Shown piece after piece: positions 38,139 through 47,706 of a stretch of DNA of 64,000 bases (the first letter of the stretch is position 1; the number at the start of each line of letters is the position of its first letter). The notes beneath the pieces are model-generated. The model saw nothing but the letters and a program-made list of their open reading frames with translations. It ran no database searches and was not told the DNA's origin. This stretch comes from an uncultured delta proteobacterium (GTDB lineage: Bacteria > Desulfobacterota > Desulfobacteria > Desulfobacterales > B30-G6). The stretch lies in NCBI GenBank assembly GCA_963842925.1, contig CAWJIL010000003.1:313542-377541 (forward strand), read 5' to 3'. Made by a program: the position numbers and the translations under genes.

Positions 38139-41100
38139 ATGGAAGGCGTGACACCCGATACATCAGGTGGTGCACGGAAGTTCCCCACCAGGTCAGTTCC
38201 TGGAAAAGAGCTTGCAGATTCCTTGGTTGAAGATATAATATATCTTCCGGGTAGAAAAGCTGTCAAAGGTATCTTAAAAATTTGGCAATACACTCAAAGG
38301 ATGGCAGGCATGAAACATGATGTTCGCTCCCGAATGAAAAACAGACTGCGCCAATGGCAGCATGACCTCGGCGCCGTCCTGGGTCGACAAATTTATTTTG
38401 GCCGTGATCTCAGCGGGGTCCCTCGGGGCTCCCTCGTTATCTTTCCGTATCTCCCCAACAGACTGTCCTGCGGGCTGACGGGGATCGTTTCCGTTAAATC
38501 GAAACAGAATTTGGGCATCCAGATCGATATCCCTGGTCTGAAAGATCACGTCCGGTCACTCGGGCAGAAAACCATCGAGCAGTCTAGCTGGGAAGAACTC
38601 AGCGGGCAAGACCACTACCTGGGTGGAAAAGTATTTCTGACATCGCTCTATGGCCAGGTTCAGCAGTTCAAACAGACGGAAGCATTCCTGCATATCTTTA
38701 CCCACAGGGATGTCCTGGAAGAACTCCTGGAACTCGCAGAAAAGATCCAGGCCGTCATCGATTCAGAATCGGCTGTACTGTCTGAACAGGTGGGCCATCT
38801 TGCACCGGTTGAAGTGGAAACCATCACGGATTCTCTCGAGATTCTGAAAGATATCCACTGGTCTCTCAAAATCGAAATTGCCGGAAACGTTCAAAAAGTC
38901 GAAAGTCTTGCTTCCTACCCTGGGGGTATGACATCCCCATTTTTTATCAGGATATTTCGGGAAATCAATGCTGTCCTCAACAGTATCGACCGCCTGGAGG
39001 TTCGTGGAAGAGATTCGGCCGGCATCTCCGTTATGCTTCTGCTGGATGCAAAAGACTGGCGAGACCTGCGCAAAATGATCGATAACGACGGGCTGCTGGA
39101 TGCCTTTTCCAGCAGATCCTCACGCAAGGTCCTGTCCAACGGCAGCATACAAATAGACCCGGCCCGGGAATCTGACCAGAAAGATCTCGTCACCGTTGTC
39201 TTCACCTACAAGATTGCCGCTGAAATAGGCGGTCTTGGAGACAACGTTTCCTATTTGCGCCATCAGATTAAAACAGACCCCATCTTCCAACGGGCGGTAA
39301 CGTTTACACCTGTCAACTACACCATATCATCCCATACACGCTGGGCTTCCGTGGGCGCTATTACCGAATCGAACTGTCATCCCGTGGACAATATACCAGA
39401 AGGAAACAACCTTGCTGCCAGGGGAATTATCCATGCCTGCCTCAATGGTGACATCGACAATTATCTGGAAATCAAAAAAGATCTCTTAAAATCGGGTACC
39501 GTCATTCAGGATGACATCTCAACCGACACCAAGGTCATCCCCCTCCAGATCCAGAAATATCTCCAGGAAGGGGCCCCGGTGGCTGAAGCGTTTCGCCGGG
39601 CTTTGAATGACTTTAAGGGCTCGCATGCCATTTCCATGCATACCAACCTGGCCCCGGGCAAACTTTTTCTGGGCCAGCGGGGCAGTGGCCAGGCTATTTT
39701 TGTCGGCCTTTCGGAAGACCGCTATATACCGGCATCGGAAGTCTACGGCTTTGTAGAAGAGACCCCTGATTACCTGAAACTGGACGGGGAAAAAATAGTT
39801 AAGGGCGAGCACGGGGATGTGCAGGGGCAGATTTTCATCCTGGACCAGAATTCATCCGGAGGCGTCGATGGTATCGATGCCATGGCCTATGACGGCTCAC
39901 CGATTGAACTCGGGGACGCTCATGTCAAACGAACGGCCATCACGCCCAGAGATATCGATCGGCAGCACTTCCCCCACTACTTCTTGAAGGAAATTTCGGA
40001 ATCCCCCGTCTCCGTTGAAAAAACACTTCAGAACCGCTGGAAGGTAACCGGAAACGAACAATACACCACTGTACTGGACAGCACCGTGTTGAATGCGTCC
40101 ATCATCGAAGCCCTGCGTAGTGACCGGATACGAAGAATCTATTTTGTCGGCCAGGGCACGGCGGGTATCGCCGCCCAAGCCTGCGCCGACATCCTCAGTT
40201 ACTACCTGAATGATTCGAAGCTTTTTATTGACGCCCTGAAAGCATCGGAACTGAGCGGTTTTAAGATGAGCGAACACGACAGACCGGACAGTATGTCGGA
40301 CACGCTGGTAATCGCCATCAGCCAGTCGGGGACAACCACCGATACCAATCGTACAGTCGATATGGTCCGTGGGCGCGGTGCCAGAACACTGGCCATCGTC
40401 AACCGCCGGGATTCCGATATTACCTTCAAAGTCGAGGGGGTCATGTACACCAGCAGTGGCCGGGATATCGAAATGTCGGTAGCCTCTACAAAAGCTTTTT
40501 ACTCACAAATCGTGGCCGGTGCGGTTCTGGGTCTCCACATGGCTGCCGCAACAGGTCGCCGGGATATCACTTTCGTAACCGAAGAAATCAAGAAGCTGCT
40601 CGAGCTGCCGGCCCATATGAAAAAGGTCCTGGGCCAGGCAAAGCTCATCGAAGGCTCCGCCCGCAGACTTGCAGCCACAAAAACCTACTGGGCTGCCGTT
40701 GGAAGCGGACCCAACAAGGCTTCTGCCGACGAAATCAGGATCAAGCTGAGCGAACTCTGCTACAAGACCATCTCCTCGGACTATGTAGAGGACAAAAAAC
40801 ATATCGACCTCTCGTCAGAGCCCTTGATAATTGTGTGTGCGGCCGGTGCCAAAAGTTCGGTCATCGGTGACATCATCAAAGACACCGCCATTTTCAAGGC
40901 TCACAAGGCAACACCTGTGGTCATCGCCGATGAAGGGGAGACCCGATTCGATCCCTATGCGGAAGATATATTCCACGTCCCGGTTACCAGCGAACACCTG
41001 GCGCCTATTTTGAACACCCTCGTGGGTCATCTCTGGGGCTATTATGCCGCCCTGGCTATCAACGAAGGATCCAGATTTCTGCACACGTTTCGTGAAGAGA

Positions 41101-42062
41101 TCAGGGAAACCATCGAGCAGAAAGCAGCCCGGGGAATGGATGTCTACGAGGTCGTCCTGGAAAAATCATTCCGAGAGGCAATCGTAAAATTTTATAAGGA
41201 ATTTCGCGATAAAAAACAAAAACATCGCTTCCCTGTGTCCATAGCAATGGCCTCTGACCTGACACTCCTGTTGAAATACCTTTCCGGCAAACTTCCCATG
41301 CCTGATTTCGAACTCGACTTCGGAATTAAGGGTACGGCATTGAATATGATCAATACCTTTTTCACTATTATCAGCGATTCCATCAACACCATGTCCCGGC
41401 CCATCGATGCCATCAAGCACCAGGCAAAAACAGTAACCGTAGGAACCAGTCGCATCAGTGAAAAAATCAAGGGACTCCTGTTCGACTCTATGACCGAGCA
41501 CGGCATCCTCATCTCCCAGATCACCCCCAACAACGTAGTCGTTCTGAGAAATCTTCAGGAGGTTATTGCGGGTATTGGCGGTTCAATTCTTTACCGTATC
41601 AACAAGCTCGACCTGTTGAACGAACTCACCGACGAAACCACCATAGAAGTGCTGGAGAAAAAAGGCGTGTTAAAACAGATCCCCTCCCGTGTTGAAACCG
41701 ATACGACCCTCAAGGGCACCAAGCGTATTATTGTTCAAAGAAGAAACGTCTACATCGGGAAAGGGCGCAAAGATGGTCGGAGCATTCTTGTCATTCCCGC
41801 GATTTCGACATCTTCCGACAGACCCAACATCATTGAAAATCTCCTGCTCCTGAATATCTCCTTTCGTGAAAATGTGCCCCTGGCAATTATCATTAAGGCA
41901 CTTGGCGGAAAATATGAACACATAAAAAACATTGTCATGGAAAACAGTGTTCCCTGGTCGGACAGTTATCTGCAAGACTTGCAAATGGACGAGTTGTTCG
42001 GTAGATCCGCCGAAAAGAGCGGTGAAGCAATCCTGGCCACACTGGCGGACATAAAATCCTGA
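38139..42062 (+). CDS. Giant GlmS-like protein: class-II glutamine amidotransferase-like domain with insertion + two SIS domains + C-terminal extension
   Basis: CGLTGIVS (Cys111, 38469-38471) and RGRDSAGISV (aa 289-298). SIS motifs are GQGTAGIAAQ, ISQSGTTTDT and VGSGPNKASADE. A GlmS-like tail, HQAKTVTVG, sits near aa 1090, followed by about 210 more aa. The start is possibly ATG 38310 (AAAGGA SD). Confidence 0.85.
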   Translation: MEGVTPDTSGGARKFPTRSVPGKELADSLVEDIIYLPGRKAVKGILKIWQYTQRMAGMKHDVRSRMKNRLRQWQHDLGAVLGRQIYFGRDLSGVPRGSLVIFPYLPNRLSCGLTGIVSVKSKQNLGIQIDIPGLKDHVRSLGQKTIEQSSWEELSGQDHYLGGKVFLTSLYGQVQQFKQTEAFLHIFTHRDVLEELLELAEKIQAVIDSESAVLSEQVGHLAPVEVETITDSLEILKDIHWSLKIEIAGNVQKVESLASYPGGMTSPFFIRIFREINAVLNSIDRLEVRGRDSAGISVMLLLDAKDWRDLRKMIDNDGLLDAFSSRSSRKVLSNGSIQIDPARESDQKDLVTVVFTYKIAAEIGGLGDNVSYLRHQIKTDPIFQRAVTFTPVNYTISSHTRWASVGAITESNCHPVDNIPEGNNLAARGIIHACLNGDIDNYLEIKKDLLKSGTVIQDDISTDTKVIPLQIQKYLQEGAPVAEAFRRALNDFKGSHAISMHTNLAPGKLFLGQRGSGQAIFVGLSEDRYIPASEVYGFVEETPDYLKLDGEKIVKGEHGDVQGQIFILDQNSSGGVDGIDAMAYDGSPIELGDAHVKRTAITPRDIDRQHFPHYFLKEISESPVSVEKTLQNRWKVTGNEQYTTVLDSTVLNASIIEALRSDRIRRIYFVGQGTAGIAAQACADILSYYLNDSKLFIDALKASELSGFKMSEHDRPDSMSDTLVIAISQSGTTTDTNRTVDMVRGRGARTLAIVNRRDSDITFKVEGVMYTSSGRDIEMSVASTKAFYSQIVAGAVLGLHMAAATGRRDITFVTEEIKKLLELPAHMKKVLGQAKLIEGSARRLAATKTYWAAVGSGPNKASADEIRIKLSELCYKTISSDYVEDKKHIDLSSEPLIIVCAAGAKSSVIGDIIKDTAIFKAHKATPVVIADEGETRFDPYAEDIFHVPVTSEHLAPILNTLVGHLWGYYAALAINEGSRFLHTFREEIRETIEQKAARGMDVYEVVLEKSFREAIVKFYKEFRDKKQKHRFPVSIAMASDLTLLLKYLSGKLPMPDFELDFGIKGTALNMINTFFTIISDSINTMSRPIDAIKHQAKTVTVGTSRISEKIKGLLFDSMTEHGILISQITPNNVVVLRNLQEVIAGIGGSILYRINKLDLLNELTDETTIEVLEKKGVLKQIPSRVETDTTLKGTKRIIVQRRNVYIGKGRKDGRSILVIPAISTSSDRPNIIENLLLLNISFRENVPLAIIIKALGGKYEHIKNIVMENSVPWSDSYLQDLQMDELFGRSAEKSGEAILATLADIKS

Positions 42063-42092
42063 GTACAAAGGGGCAACAGGCAGAACATCAAT

Positions 42093-42136
42093 GGCAGCCG
42101 GATCTACCTTCAACGTGTAGGCCGGCTGCCTATTTA
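42093..42136 (+). terminator. Candidate rho-independent terminator after the GlmS-like gene
   Basis: GGCAGCCGG...CCGGCTGCC stem followed by TATTTATAT. The T-tract is weak. Confidence 0.5.
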
Positions 42137-42222
42137 TATAGAGATATCAATTGTTTCTACAGTCTTTTCCCCTCACTTACCACCTGGATTGATTCTTCAC
42201 CCCCAGGACAGATGGACTCAAG

Positions 42223-42306
42223 AAGCCCCCTTGAAGGGGGCTGGAATATCCAATATCGAACATCGATACCATGAATTTCGAAGTGATGGTTCCCAGCTTA
42301 TAGAAT
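42223..42306 (+). repeat. Repeat family R2, second copy (immediately followed by an R1 copy)
   Basis: See 3305-3388. Confidence 0.85.
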
Positions 42307-42324
42307 ATTTGATTGAAAAACCTC

Positions 42325-42393
42325 GCAACATGCAAAGCACTGCCACAAGCAACAAGCAGAAGTTAGGAGGAATACGCTCGCTGTTTCGGTGCA
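42325..42393 (+). repeat. R1 repeat copy (diverged)
   Basis: GCAACATGCAAAGCACTGCCACAAGCAACAAGCAGAAGTTAGGAGGAATACGCTCGCTGTTTCGGTGCA. Confidence 0.75.
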
Positions 42394-42439
42394 TCATATT
42401 TCAGCCTTGAGACGTGCCTAGTCAGCCCCGACACTGGGT

Positions 42440-42455
42440 ATGAATTTATATTCAT
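42440..42455. promoter_or_regulatory. Palindrome ATGAAT-N4-ATTCAT (candidate operator, distal copy)
   Basis: ATGAATTTATATTCAT. The same half-sites recur at 42622-42637. Confidence 0.45.
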
Positions 42456-42589
42456 CTAAATTTCGCCCCCACAATATCAACAGAATTGATATTGTAAATA
42501 TTCGTCAAGACAACTTATTACACCATAACATGTTGTATTTTATATCTTAATATAGATTTCCTTTTATTTCTAATATCGACGAATACCCC

Positions 42590-42637
42590 TTGACAGGGCC
42601 CTTGAATCTCTGCTAAGTAAAATGAATAATCATTCAT
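42590..42637 (+). promoter_or_regulatory. Candidate sigma70 promoter plus overlapping operator for the beta-oxidation operon
   Basis: TTGACA (42590-42595), an 18-nt spacer, then TAAGTA. This is immediately followed by AAAATGAAT-AATC-ATTCATTTT (42619-42640). Confidence 0.45.
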
Positions 42638-42747
42638 TTTACTCCGATGGATACGGGAATTTCGGCAGAACCAATCTGTTTGCATGCCTTTGGACCCGAT
42701 GCCCGCCATCGGAAGCCAGTACAGACCACCAAAACCAGGAGGAGATC

Positions 42748-45156
42748 ATGCAAAGAAAAATCAGAAAAGCCGTTGTTATCGGCTCAGGCGTCATGGGAGG
42801 GGGCATTGCTGCGCTGCTGGCAGGTGCCGGCATCAAAACCCTGTTGCTGGATATTGTTCCACCCGACCTGACTGACGATGAAAAAGAGAACCGGGAAGCC
42901 CGCAACAGAATTGCCAAGACAGGCCTCGACAACATTGCCACAGCCAGACCAGCCCTTCTGATGCAGACCAAAGATCTGGACCTTATCACCATCGGCAATC
43001 TTGAAGATGATTTTGACCGCATCGCCACATGTGACTGGATTATCGAAGTCGTCGTCGAAAATCTGGCCGTCAAACACCAGCTCTTCGAACGCATCGAAGG
43101 GATCCGGAAACCAGGAACCATCGTTTCCTCCAACACGTCCGGTATCCCTTTGAAATCCATGTCCGAAGGACGTTCCCAGGAATTCCAACAGCACTTTCTG
43201 GGAACCCATTTCTTCAACCCGGTACGCTATATGAAACTGCTCGAGATTATTCCAGGTGAGCAAACCCACCCGGACGTCCTTGACTTTATGGCTGACTTTG
43301 GTGAACGAATCCTCGGCAAAGGGATTGTATGGGCCAAAGACACACCCAATTTTGTTGGCAACCGGATCGGTATTCACGGCATGGTCAAGGCCATGAAATT
43401 GATGATGGAGGAAGGACTGAGCATTCCGGAAGTTGATGCGCTCTTCGGTCCGGTAATGGGGCGCCCCAAAACCGCTATGTTCAAAACCGCCGATCTGGTG
43501 GGTCTTGACATCCTGAGTCACGTGGCTGGGAATACCTATGAACTGGTAAAGGATGACGAGGACAGAGACAGTTTTCAGATTCCTGATTTTGCAACCCGCA
43601 TGCTCGAGAAGAACCTGCTGGGGAAAAAAACACAGAGTGGTTTTTATAAGACTGACTTGACGCCGGAATGGAAGAAGATCCGCAAGGTCATCGACCCGTC
43701 AACACTGGAATATGCTACTTATGAAACCCCTGATTTCCAATGTCTGGCAGAAGCCCGCAAAGCCAAGACCCTTTCCGGCAAAATCAATGCCGTCATGTAC
43801 GGCGATGATAAAGGGGCCCGCTTTGCCTGGAAGGCTGTTGCCGGCAATCTGATATACTCAGCCAACAGAATCCCTGAAATTTCCGACACCATTGTTGAAA
43901 TTGACAATGCCATGAAATGGGGTTTCAATTTCGAAATGGGCCCCTTTGAGACCTGGGATGCCATCGATCTTGTCAAATCAGTGGATAAAATGAAAAAGGA
44001 TGGATTTCTCATCCCTGAAAATATCAGCAAGATGCTGGCAGCCGGCCACACCTCTTTTTATAAAACAGAGCAAGGCCAGCGCCTTTTCTACGATTTTACT
44101 TCCGCCGCATACAAACCCGTTCAGGTGAGTGCCAATATCATTTCCCTGGCAGGATTAAAGGCAGATGGCAAGGCAGTACAATCCAATGATTATGCATCCC
44201 TCGTGGATCTGGACGATGGTGTCTTCTGTCTCGAATTTCACTCCAAGATGAATTCCTTGAATCAGGATATTATCCAGGCGCTCCATGCAGCCATCGACTT
44301 TGTCGACACCCACGGGGTCGGGCTTGTGATCGGTAACCAGGCCGGCGGCATGCCTGGGGCGTTTTCAGCCGGTGCCGATCTAGCCGCTGTAAGACAGGCG
44401 GTAACGGAAAACCGTTTCGAAGAAATCGAACAGATGATCAAAGACCTCCAATACGGTCTCATGAAGGCCCGCTATGCGCCCTTTCCCGTTGTTGCAGCGC
44501 CCTATGGTATGGCCCTGGGTGGCGGATGCGAGGTCTGCCTGGCTTCGGACCGGGTCGTGGCCCATACAGAACTTTACATGGGTCAGGTCGAATTCGGTGT
44601 CGGCCTCCTGCCCGCCGGGGGAGGATGTCTGGCCCTGTGGCGAAACTTTGTGGATTCAATTCCGGAAGCAGCCGCAGGAGATGTGGACCTGACACGCTTC
44701 TTTATACCGGCTTTTATGGCCATTGCCATGGCCAAAGTATCCATGTCCGCTGCCGAAGCAAGAGCCAATGGCTTTTTGAATCCCACAGACCGGATTATTT
44801 TCAACCGTGATTACCTGGTGGGAGAATCGAAAAAAGAGGTGTTGAGAATGCTGGATGCTGGATATGCACCCCCGGTCAAACGAAAAATAAAAGTCCTGGG
44901 GGAGGCCGCCCAGGGAATGGCCAGTACGCAAATAGCCGATATGCAGCGAGCCAAATACATCAGTGAATACGATGCCTTTGTTCTCAGACGGATCGCCTAT
45001 GTCATGAGCGGCGGCAGTGTCCGTGCCAACAGCACCATCGAGGAAGACGTCATTCTGACACTGGAAAGAGAGGCTTTCATCGATCTGCTGAAAGAAGAAA
45101 AGACTCTGGCCAGGATCGATCACATGCTCAAAACAGGTAAACCCCTCAGAAACTGA
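42748..45156 (+). CDS. Bifunctional 3-hydroxyacyl-CoA dehydrogenase / enoyl-CoA hydratase
   Basis: AGGAGG SD before ATG 42748. N-terminal Rossmann GSGVMGGGIA plus the 3HCDH C-domain. C-terminal crotonase fold (AGADL..., GGGCEV). Confidence 0.92.
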   Translation: MQRKIRKAVVIGSGVMGGGIAALLAGAGIKTLLLDIVPPDLTDDEKENREARNRIAKTGLDNIATARPALLMQTKDLDLITIGNLEDDFDRIATCDWIIEVVVENLAVKHQLFERIEGIRKPGTIVSSNTSGIPLKSMSEGRSQEFQQHFLGTHFFNPVRYMKLLEIIPGEQTHPDVLDFMADFGERILGKGIVWAKDTPNFVGNRIGIHGMVKAMKLMMEEGLSIPEVDALFGPVMGRPKTAMFKTADLVGLDILSHVAGNTYELVKDDEDRDSFQIPDFATRMLEKNLLGKKTQSGFYKTDLTPEWKKIRKVIDPSTLEYATYETPDFQCLAEARKAKTLSGKINAVMYGDDKGARFAWKAVAGNLIYSANRIPEISDTIVEIDNAMKWGFNFEMGPFETWDAIDLVKSVDKMKKDGFLIPENISKMLAAGHTSFYKTEQGQRLFYDFTSAAYKPVQVSANIISLAGLKADGKAVQSNDYASLVDLDDGVFCLEFHSKMNSLNQDIIQALHAAIDFVDTHGVGLVIGNQAGGMPGAFSAGADLAAVRQAVTENRFEEIEQMIKDLQYGLMKARYAPFPVVAAPYGMALGGGCEVCLASDRVVAHTELYMGQVEFGVGLLPAGGGCLALWRNFVDSIPEAAAGDVDLTRFFIPAFMAIAMAKVSMSAAEARANGFLNPTDRIIFNRDYLVGESKKEVLRMLDAGYAPPVKRKIKVLGEAAQGMASTQIADMQRAKYISEYDAFVLRRIAYVMSGGSVRANSTIEEDVILTLEREAFIDLLKEEKTLARIDHMLKTGKPLRN

Positions 45157-45235
45157 AGCCCTTTAAGGGTAATACCGGCGGTAAAACCGCCTCACATAAA
45201 ATCCTATGAACGATTTTATTCAAGGAGGATAAAAA

Positions 45236-46414
45236 ATGAAAGATTCCTATATAGTGACATCCGTGAGAACACCCGGGTGCAGACGGAACAAAGGCGCCTT
45301 CAAGGACACCAGACCCGATGACCTTCTCTCCTTTATCCTGGATGCCGCTGTCGACAAGACGGATAAGCTCGAAAAAAAGGATGTTGACGACATCATGATC
45401 GGGTGTTCTTTTCCGGAAGCGGAGCAGGGACTTAATATCGGACGCATTGCATCCCAGATGGCGGGTTTTCCCATTGAAGTGACCGGCGCCACAGTAAACC
45501 GCTTCTGTTCATCCGGGCTGGAAGCCATTGCCTTGGCCGCGCTGAAAGTACAGGCGGGATGGGCGGATGTGACCATTGGCGGGGGCGTCGAATCCATGAC
45601 CTATGTTCCCATGGGCGGATCCATACCCCGGCCACATCCAACCTATGCCCAAACACAGTCAGAACTCTATATATCCATGGGATTGACGGCCGAGAATGTG
45701 GCCAACCGCTACAATGTCACCCGGGAACAGCAGGACGAATTTGCCGCCCTGTCCCAGCAAAAGGCCGCCACAGCGCGGGCAAACAAGTGGTTTACGGAAA
45801 TCGTGCCTACCCCGGCTGCCCGCTTTGTCCAGGAAGAAAACGGCACCTTCCGCAAGGAAACCTTTATCCAGGATCATGATGACGGCATTCGGGATTCCAC
45901 AACGGCCGAGGGTCTTGCAAAATTGAGGCCGGCTTTTTCCGCTGACGGTTCTGTAACAGCCGGCAACTCATCCCAGATGACCGACGGGGCTGCTGCCACC
46001 ATCCTGGTAAGTGAAGAAAAAATCCAGGAACTGGGCCTGAAACCGTTGGCAAAATTCCTCTGCTACGCGACCGCAGGCTGCCACCCGGACGAAATGGGCG
46101 TCGGCCCCCTGGTGGCCATTCCCAAGTTGCTCAAACTGGCCGGAATGGAGATAAGCGATATCGGGATTTTTGAAATCAACGAGGCCTTCGCCTCCCAGGC
46201 CATCTACTGCACCCGGGAGCTTGGTCTCGACATGGACAAGGTGAATATTCATGGGGGGGCCATCGCCCTGGGTCACCCGCTGGGATGTACCGGTGCCAAG
46301 CTATGTGCGACCCTCTTGACCAACATGCGGAAAAAGGGTGTCCGTTACGGTGTGGAATCCATGTGTATCGGCGGGGGCATGGGTGCGGCTGCACTGTTCG
46401 AGTTATGCGAATAA
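45236..46414 (+). CDS. Acetyl-CoA C-acyltransferase (thiolase)
   Basis: NRFCSSGLEA (active Cys), NEAFA, GGAIALGHPLGCTGA, and CIGGGMG. Confidence 0.93.
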   Translation: MKDSYIVTSVRTPGCRRNKGAFKDTRPDDLLSFILDAAVDKTDKLEKKDVDDIMIGCSFPEAEQGLNIGRIASQMAGFPIEVTGATVNRFCSSGLEAIALAALKVQAGWADVTIGGGVESMTYVPMGGSIPRPHPTYAQTQSELYISMGLTAENVANRYNVTREQQDEFAALSQQKAATARANKWFTEIVPTPAARFVQEENGTFRKETFIQDHDDGIRDSTTAEGLAKLRPAFSADGSVTAGNSSQMTDGAAATILVSEEKIQELGLKPLAKFLCYATAGCHPDEMGVGPLVAIPKLLKLAGMEISDIGIFEINEAFASQAIYCTRELGLDMDKVNIHGGAIALGHPLGCTGAKLCATLLTNMRKKGVRYGVESMCIGGGMGAAALFELCE

Positions 46415-46419
46415 AATTT

Positions 46420-46570
46420 GACGGTCTCGTAAAAAGTCCAACTTCTGCGTTGTGCTGCATTTCGTAATCATTCAACGTACGATAAGTACGCCTCATGATT
46501 GCAAAACTTGCACGCCTTGAATTTGAACTTTATACAAAACCGTCTAACTTGGACTTTTTATGAGACGCGG
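46420..46570. repeat. ~150-bp element flanked by ~23-bp inverted repeats (long hairpin / MITE-like)
   Basis: GACGGTCTCGTAAAAAGTCCAACTT ... AACTTGGACTTTTTATGAGACGCGG. Nested internal pairings are AATCAT/ATGATT and CGTAC/GTACG. Confidence 0.65.
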
Positions 46571-46587
46571 CCTTGCCGCTTTTTTAC

Positions 46588-46620
46588 AAAAAAGGTTGCC
46601 TTATCGGCAACCTTTTTTCT
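46588..46620 (+). terminator. Rho-independent (potentially bidirectional) terminator
   Basis: AAAAAAGGTTGCC-TTAT-CGGCAACCTTTTTT. This is a perfect stem flanked by an A-run and a T-run. Confidence 0.7.
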
Positions 46621-46819
46621 TACTACATATATCATCGTTGTCATACGTTCATTTTGTTTCGCTCTTGACTGACGCTTCGGCGGGTGACGGCAAACAGCCG
46701 GTCGCCTGTTTGAAGCAAATTAGCGATCGTTTGGAAGACCAGAGGGTTGGATTGGATTTATGGCAATCAAGCGCTGTAACCAGCCAAACGTATCTTAATA
46801 GTTTGGCACTGGTATTCCT

Positions 46820-46898
46820 TACGAACGCTTATTTGCAAGTTCGAGCGGGTGTTTGACGTTATTTGCCGAAGCAGTTTCGGAACGCTGTTCTGGCAACC
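46820..46898 (+). repeat. Repeat family R4
   Basis: TACGAACGCTTATTTGCAAGTTCGAGCGGGTGTTTGACGTTATTTGCCGAAGCAGTTTCGGAACGCTGTTCTGGCAACC compared with 53731-53809, which reads TACGAACGCTTATCTGCACGTTTGAGCGCTTGTTTGACGTTATTTTTCGAAGCAGTTTCGAAAAGTTATTCTGACAACC. Confidence 0.8.
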
Positions 46899-46924
46899 TT
46901 TTTTGTTATAATTCGGCTTGAAAC

Positions 46925-47563
46925 TTATTTGGAGGGCAATTCATTAACAATCTTTATGTATACCGGCTCGTCAGGCCACTCGATTTCCAAAATGCCGGCC
47001 GGAACGATTTCCTGACCATTTAAGAAGACGGATTGGATCACGTCAGCCAGACTGCCGGCCCGCCCGGCAAAAAAGGCCTGAATCGTTTCTCCCTTTAACC
47101 AGATGCCCGCTTCCAGAAAAAAGGGTCCCAATTCCTTCAAGATCAGGTTGAAAAGCTTCACCGTTATCCAGCCGGTCTTTCCGGCGCTCATATCACTGTC
47201 GTCGGGGTGGGAAATACTGCCGCGCATCCACCGATACTTGCCCCCTTTTCTGAAAGTTGCCCCCACAAGACCCGGCATGGCAGCCGATAACGCCAGGATG
47301 GCCTTGTTTTTGATCACTGCCGTTGCAGGATCATCCACGGGCTTGCTGTTCAGAAAAAGTGTTTGAATCCGCTCGTCAAAATAAGATTTATCCAGACCGA
47401 TCCGATCACAAAGGAGCGTCTGCACCGATTCCCCGACCCGAATGTTGAGCATAAAGCCTGCATTCAACAAGCCCACGAAATTGTGAACATCAGTGGCCGT
47501 TACAGTCAAAACCAGACCGTGTTGTGATGTTTCTTTGGTTCCGTTTTCATGGTTTATGTGCAT
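46925..47563 (-). CDS. Hypothetical protein (212 aa) downstream of aor
   Basis: Same strand as AOR, 144 bp downstream. I recognised no family. Confidence 0.55.
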   Translation of the reverse strand: MHINHENGTKETSQHGLVLTVTATDVHNFVGLLNAGFMLNIRVGESVQTLLCDRIGLDKSYFDERIQTLFLNSKPVDDPATAVIKNKAILALSAAMPGLVGATFRKGGKYRWMRGSISHPDDSDMSAGKTGWITVKLFNLILKELGPFFLEAGIWLKGETIQAFFAGRAGSLADVIQSVFLNGQEIVPAGILEIEWPDEPVYIKIVNELPSK

Positions 47564-47706
47564 GGGAATGCCTTTTCTGGTGGTTGTCGTTAATATATTT
47601 TGTTTTGATTTTGGCTAACCCTTCAGCGTATGACAATCAACGTTAAAAGGGGAGACAATCTGCGTCTCCCCTTTTTGTATTTTCACACACGCTCCATCAG
47701 CGGGTA

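Noticed and set aside
46560-46856. 98-aa ORF in the thiolase-AOR intergenic region
   Set aside because: It spans a terminator hairpin and the start of repeat R4, and it has no SD or motifs.
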